DNA from: Candidatus Caldarchaeum sp.
Lineage (GTDB): Archaea; Thermoproteota; Nitrososphaeria_A; Caldarchaeales; Caldarchaeaceae
Assembly (NCBI GenBank): GCA_038831915.1
Contig: JAWBKB010000008.1
Coordinates: forward strand, 1 to 64,000
Direction: 5' to 3'
Length of the DNA stretch: 64,000 nucleotides
Part shown: one piece after another, positions 61,058 through 64,000 of the stretch
Layout: every line of letters begins with the position of its first letter
How positions within the stretch are numbered: position 1 is the stretch's first letter
Notes under the pieces: model-generated
The model's database searches: none
Told to the model about the DNA's origin: nothing
Seen by the model: only the letters and a program-made list of their open reading frames with translations
Program-made: the position numbers and the translations under genes

Positions 61058-62238
61058 TTAGGTCGCCGGAGGCTCCACCGTCTTACGGGCGGCCGAAACA
61101 GTTACCTCAAGCTTGGCTTCCTCCCGCGGCGGGAAAACGGGCAGGAGTTTGACTGCCAGCGTGAAACCCAGCATTCCTAGGGCCAGAATCATAAAACCTA
61201 TTGCGAATTCGGCCCATGACGGGAAGTAGAACACATTTTCGGGCGCAATCCAGGCCGTTATCACGGTGTTCGCACGGTTCATCATGACACCGCCTATGAC
61301 GAACAGAGAGGCGGCGAAAGTCTTTGAAACGGACTGTCTAACCCTCGGGATGGACAGCAAAACCGCAGGCAGCATGAAGCCCAGCACCACCTCTCCCCAG
61401 AAAAACCAGCCCTCACACCGTCAAGCGTGAACTTCCAAACATCAAGGTAAGCCATGTCAACGAACCGAATCGCGAGATAGATAAGCAGAATAGCGGGTGT
61501 GACTTTTGCAAAAGACGCTATAAGTTCGTGCTCTAAACCTTTCTTCATAGCTTTTGCGCTGACGGTTGACACGAAGATTATCATGGCAGGCGCTCCTGCT
61601 ACGGCTGACACGAAGAAGAGAACTGGGAGAAGCGGCGAATACCATAGCGGATGAACACGTTCGGGCGATATTGTGTAAAGGGCGCCCAGTGATGACTGAT
61701 GTAGCACTGACAGAATCACTCCAGCTATCACAACTGGTATTGTTATTTTGCGTAATAGGTTGAGAACCCAATTCCAGCCGAGTCTTTCAAACACAGTTGG
61801 TGAAAACTCGACGACAAGCACAATCGTGTAGAGGAATATACACCAGAAGACTTCGAAAAGCACTGAATATGGCTGCCAGAACGGCGGGTAGAGCGGGTGC
61901 CACCATCTTTCAGGCTGGGTGATGTCGATTATCACCGCCAACACAGCCATAAGATAGCCGAGTAAACCGGTTAAGATTGTTGGTCTTATTAATGGTTTGA
62001 ATTTTTCCGCACGCAGTAGATAGACGGCTGAGGCCAGCGTGAACACGCCTGCGGCCAACGCGATGCTGCTGAGTTTGTTGAAACCTGTCCACAACCCCCA
62101 TGGATATTCGTCGCTTAGGGCCGTGACCCTGAAGCCGATGATAAACCTTAGGTATGTGGCGTAGGTTCCTACCGCTATCACGGCGAGCAGAGCCGTCAAC
62201 CATGCAATGAAAGGTTTGGAAAACTTCACCTGCTGCAT
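61058..62238 (-). pseudogene. NrfD/HybB-type membrane subunit, frameshifted
   Basis: YPWGLW, DITQPERWW, LHQSSLG, PLWYSP. Frame changes near 61415 and resumes as EGWFFWGEVVLG...NR.N...YFPSWAE. Confidence 0.82.
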
Positions 62239-63024
62239 TCACTTACCACCTTCATTCTGTTTCAAAGCCCGGATTTTCTCACGTCTCCCCGTGTAGAGCC
62301 ACAGCCCAAGCAAACCAAGAGCCAGAGCCGGCACCACGAACGGGATTTTCTCGAGAGAGGCGGCGGTAAGCTTTGGATATGGTTGTTCTGAGACCTTCGG
62401 GAACCCAAGCTTCTCGAACGGCACGTCGGATATGTAGAGGACGGAGGTGCCGCCTGCCTCCTTTTCGCCGTAGATATGGTTTACGTAGCCTCCACCGGCT
62501 ATCCTGTTTCTAGCCTCCTTCAACAGCTCCTCACGCTCTCCGAACATTATCGCACCCGTGGGACATGCGCTGGCGCAGGCCGGCTTCATCCCCTCCCTAA
62601 CCCTATCAATGCACATTACACACTTTCGGATGTAAGGAAGGCTCCTATCCCATTGAAGCTTCGGAACACCGAACGGGCATGCAATCATACAATACCGGCA
62701 GCCTACACAGCGGCTGTAGTCATAGTCTACGATCCCTTCCGCGGTTTTGTGGAGCGCACCTACGAACCATGCTGAAGCACATGCGGGGTCTAAGCAGTGC
62801 ATGCACTGTTCTTTGATGAAACGTCATTTGAAATCGCCGTCTCCTCCGTCAAGCTCTACAAACCTTACACGGGTCCATGTGTAGGCTGTCGTGGTTGGCG
62901 GGTTTGTCCAAGAGGGGCTTAGAGATGTTTGCTCGCCGGGCAGGCTGTTCCATCTCTTGCAGGCAACCTGACACGCCCTGCATCCGATGCATCTCTTAAT
63001 ATCTATCAAAAACGCTTTCGTCAT
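62239..63024 (-). pseudogene. FdnH/HybA-type Fe-S subunit with in-frame TGA
   Basis: The two track ORFs share one frame: ..GDFK-TGA(62824-62826)-RFIKEQCMHC. CASAW also replaces CASAC. Confidence 0.85.
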
Positions 63025-63025
63025 T

Positions 63026-64000
63026 CTAACTCACCTTCTCAACCCTGCAGAGACAAACCTTAGTTTCAGGTATGTGTCCGTGAGGGTCGATGGCGTCTAT
63101 GGTGAGGATGTTGGCTATCGGGCCTGTGCTCAGGCCTTTGAAGCCCCAGTGCCAGGGCATCGCCGCAACATGCAGCTTCCGTCCAGCAACGTTGAGCGGT
63201 TTCAACCTCTTCGCGACTATTGCCTTGACCTCGATGCTACCCCTAGCCGTGATCACCCTAACCATGTCCCCGCTCTTAATACCGAGCTCACCTGCGAGCT
63301 CTCTGTCAATCTCGACAAACATCTCGGGATGAAGTTCAACAAGCCATGGCAAGTTCCTCGTCATGGCTCCTGCCTGCATGTGCTCAGTAACCCTGAACGT
63401 GGTCAGAACGACGGGAAATTCCTCTGGGCTTCCTTTCTTCACGGAAAAGCGTTCATCCCACACTGTCGGATATTTGGCAGCCAATTCCGGCACCGGGCTT
63501 TCGATAGATTCGTTGTGAAGTGGCAAGCCGTGTTTCAGAGGATGCCAGTCGGGCTTAGTTGGGTCGTAGAAACCTGTCGGTCCACCAGCCCATATGGCGG
63601 CTTTGTCTAACCCAATCCAGGCGCCTCCAGGCTTGTCTATGGCCTCGGGGCTGTGGGCCCACCAAACAAAGAACCCTCTTACTCTGTTCTTGTCTTCAGG
63701 CGGCTCGTTCAAATCATAGAGGTTTCTCTGGTTGGTCATCCAAGACCAGCCCCAGTTTTTGAACAAGCCGTACCGCCTGTCGTATTCGTCGGCGGGCGTG
63801 GGGTCACGTCTCTTAGCCATTATTCCGTCGAGCTCTGGAGCTGTTTCAAGGTCGTATGCGCTGAACCTCTGGCCTGGTCCGGGAAATCGGTAGAGAGCGT
63901 TCGTGTGAGCTATTTCCTTGTTAACTGCTTCGGGAGTGCCCTTCGGCTCAAAGCTGGTAGGCCAGTTGTCGTCTACGCCAACAACTCCCGAAACGGAGTT
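63026..64000 (-). CDS. Formate dehydrogenase-N-like alpha subunit, C-terminal part, runs off the window
   Basis: WGWSW..N.R.LY, P.H.E..ESP, TTFRVTEH, PEMFVEI, MPWHWG, ANILT..A.D....PETK. Frame is open to 64000. Confidence 0.85.
   Translation of the reverse strand, partial: NSVSGVVGVDDNWPTSFEPKGTPEAVNKEIAHTNALYRFPGPGQRFSAYDLETAPELDGIMAKRRDPTPADEYDRRYGLFKNWGWSWMTNQRNLYDLNEPPEDKNRVRGFFVWWAHSPEAIDKPGGAWIGLDKAAIWAGGPTGFYDPTKPDWHPLKHGLPLHNESIESPVPELAAKYPTVWDERFSVKKGSPEEFPVVLTTFRVTEHMQAGAMTRNLPWLVELHPEMFVEIDRELAGELGIKSGDMVRVITARGSIEVKAIVAKRLKPLNVAGRKLHVAAMPWHWGFKGLSTGPIANILTIDAIDPHGHIPETKVCLCRVEKVS

Noticed and set aside
62824-62826. In-frame TGA in a formate dehydrogenase operon read as selenocysteine or genetic-code reassignment
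   Set aside because: It falls at a probable Trp site of the Fe-S subunit, other lesions accompany it, and TGA ends many intact genes in the window
1-64000. CRISPR array, rRNA or intact transposase/integrase
   Set aside because: No regularly spaced repeats, rRNA-like sequence or recombinase motifs were seen

Overview
Archaeal chromosomal window, most consistent with a Thermoproteota/Caldarchaeales ('Aigarchaeota')-type organism. That assignment is inferred from the S-layer type, intron-containing tRNAs with an A1-U72 pair and TATA-proximal starts. From left to right it holds: a large S-layer-like gene; an AT-richer ~20 kb surface-glycan island (wecB, two NDP-sugar epimerases, GT4s, a processive GT2 coupled to a membrane-anchored DUF3131-like protein, two GT-C-like membrane proteins, an oxidoreductase, a flippase and a DPM1-like GT2); a decayed DUF3782-like nuclease; an m4C-type DNA methyltransferase coupled to an unknown winged-helix-like protein; a PRTase; two Liv-type ABC operons; P5C dehydrogenase; a PyrI-PyrE fusion with pyrF; a complete mrpABCDEFG; a decayed AAA+ ATPase; an SDR/atypical M20/orphan xanthine-oxidase-family operon; a PhsABC-like Mo enzyme; and a formate dehydrogenase operon with broken Fe-S and membrane subunits. 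Two near-identical tRNA-Gln genes (CUG and UUG), each with two BHB introns, lie in inverted orientation 26 kb apart. The best candidates for something new are the GT2+DUF3131 glucan module, the methyltransferase+wHTH pair, the PyrI-PyrE fusion and the SDR-M20-Mo operon. All family calls come from motif recognition by eye; no database searches were run.
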